From assembly GCA_016202815.1 (NCBI GenBank), contig JACQNZ010000007.1, forward strand, positions 20,704 through 84,703: 64,000 bases of DNA, written 5' to 3'. The notes beneath the pieces are model-generated. The model saw nothing but the letters and a program-made list of their open reading frames with translations. It was not told where the DNA came from and did not search any database. Source of the stretch: Candidatus Aenigmatarchaeota archaeon. Lineage in GTDB: Archaea > Aenigmatarchaeota > Aenigmatarchaeia > JACPZZ01. Position numbers and translations under genes: made by a program. Shown here in pieces: positions 63,004 through 64,000 of the stretch. The first letter of the stretch is position 1; every line of letters begins with the position of its first letter.

Positions 63004-63694
63004 CCCCGGGCATCACCCAACTGCCTTTCAGCTTCGCCCTATTCGCATCTATTTTTGGCGCCTCCAGTGATTTTAAAGAGTCCTCCAGATCCATGCCGAT
63101 GCTCGCGCCGAACGCGGCAAGTTCGCGGGGCGCGCGCAATTCCCATTTCGAATAAGCGCCCGAGGTTATCGCGACCGGAAAACCGTACTTTTTCGCAAGC
63201 TTCAGGTTCTGCCGCATATGGGCCAGCGTATGCACCCGGGACTTCCTAAACGAGTTCAATATCTGGCGGAAATTAAGTTCAATGCAGACGTTGTTGTCCG
63301 CGGCGGCTTTGGCCATGACAAGATCCAGACCAGAGTCGTTCCGCTGCATCTCCGGGTGGGATAATAAATCCACCTGGTTGGTTTCGACGGCCGCGCGGTT
63401 CACTTCAGAGTCGCCGCCGCGCACTATTACGATCTCGAACTTTTTGCGCACCTCGTCAAGCGTTTTATGGAGTTCGTTCGGGTTGTTGGCCTTTATTTCG
63501 ACCGCAGTAACTATGTCAAAATCGCTTGTGGCCAGGCTCTTGACAAGCTTTTCGTAATCGCTGGCCACATTGTCCGAAAAGCATGACAAGGCCATGCCTG
63601 TCCATCCCAGATGGGACGCGGTTTTAACCATGTCGTCAACCGGGGATTCGCCCCCGAAAGGGCTTACGTGCACGTGCAGGTCGTAGGTTCTCAT
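62984..63694 (-). CDS. RNase P protein component Rpp30 (PHP/TIM-barrel fold)
   Basis: MRTYDLHVHV.., IVRGGDSEVNRAAVE, VDLLSHPE and CIELNF follow the Rpp30 layout. Confidence 0.8.
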   Translation of the reverse strand: MRTYDLHVHVSPFGGESPVDDMVKTASHLGWTGMALSCFSDNVASDYEKLVKSLATSDFDIVTAVEIKANNPNELHKTLDEVRKKFEIVIVRGGDSEVNRAAVETNQVDLLSHPEMQRNDSGLDLVMAKAAADNNVCIELNFRQILNSFRKSRVHTLAHMRQNLKLAKKYGFPVAITSGAYSKWELRAPRELAAFGASIGMDLEDSLKSLEAPKIDANRAKLKGSWVMPGVEMENG

Positions 63695-63785
63695 AATTAT
63701 GGATACAGAAGGTGCAATAAATAAACTACAAGCTTCTTTGGTTTCAAAACGGCTTAAAATCGTTTTTTTCGGTTATCTGAGCTGT

Positions 63786-64000
63786 CTAGAGCTTCCTTCT
63801 GTCTGTTTTATGGGCCGCAGCCGTTAAACCGCGCTCTGCACGGCCCCGCTGGCTAGCAACGGAACTGAGCGCCCTGTCGGCTTTTATCGAAGGATTTTGA
63901 GGATCTACCAAAATAACTTCGAACCATTCCTGCTTGCCGTCCTTGCAGACAAAATAAGAATTAAGCACTTCCATGTTCTTGAAAATTCTCGAAGCCTTTT
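63786..64000 (-). CDS. rpl15e: Ribosomal protein eL15 (L15e), C-terminal part; the N-terminus lies beyond the window
   Basis: ..[56 protein letters not shown]. The frame stays open to nt 64000. Confidence 0.85.
   Translation of the reverse strand, partial: KASRIFKNMEVLNSYFVCKDGKQEWFEVILVDPQNPSIKADRALSSVASQRGRAERGLTAAAHKTDRRKL

Noticed and set aside
1-64000. tRNA, rRNA, RNase P RNA and other canonical ncRNA genes
   Set aside because: I scanned the intergenic regions by eye for tRNA T-arm/GTTCRANYC-type motifs and acceptor-stem symmetry and found none. All gaps longer than 150 bp are accounted for by promoters or hairpins. This needs tRNAscan or Infernal to confirm.

Overview
This is an archaeal chromosomal segment of about 64 kb, densely coding on both strands, with no rRNA, tRNA or CRISPR array that I could find. 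All family calls come from motifs read by eye in the supplied translations; no database search was run.

Housekeeping content:
- Two separated pieces of the archaeal exosome-proteasome superoperon. The first is SBDS-Rrp4-Rrp41-Rrp42-eL43-RpoP-prefoldin beta-UPF0147, followed by SepF, on the + strand at 13.2-17.8 kb. The second is eL15-Rpp30-Pop5-membrane protein-PsmA on the - strand at 61.4-64 kb.
- aCPSF1 with PsmB, ProRS, and GatD/GatE.
- A nurA-herA-mre11-rad50 double-strand-break repair operon, and NreA.
- A glmS-glmM-glmU-like UDP-GlcNAc operon.
- SAM and methylthioadenosine recycling genes (MTAP, MtnA-like, AhcY), and Dph6.

Accessory content:
- A 5'-truncated giant ORF (more than 2900 aa) for a LamG-repeat surface protein saturated with N-glycosylation sequons.
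- Six toxin-antitoxin modules: HEPN-MNT, two VapBC, two HicBA and DUF4258/DUF2283.
- A 2.4-kb AT-rich islet carrying a DUF3883-like nuclease, iteron-like repeats and an IS5-type transposase remnant.

The most unusual item is a tight tandem array of five diverged paralogous genes (17970-20853, - strand). They share three motifs but match no family I recognise, so I flag them as a candidate undescribed multi-subunit system.

Other points of interest:
- A thymidylate synthase fused to MtrA-like and DUF4346 modules, next to a CARF/Csa3-like regulator in a window with no CRISPR.
- A vapBC cassette bracketed by perfect 12-bp direct repeats.
- A palindromic element present both after the giant gene and inside the DSB-repair operon.
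- Direct-repeat hicBA cassettes flanking proS.
- An ACT-domain gene disrupted by an out-of-frame internal deletion.

The gene content and style suggest a small-genome DPANN-like or related archaeon. That lineage assignment is inference only.
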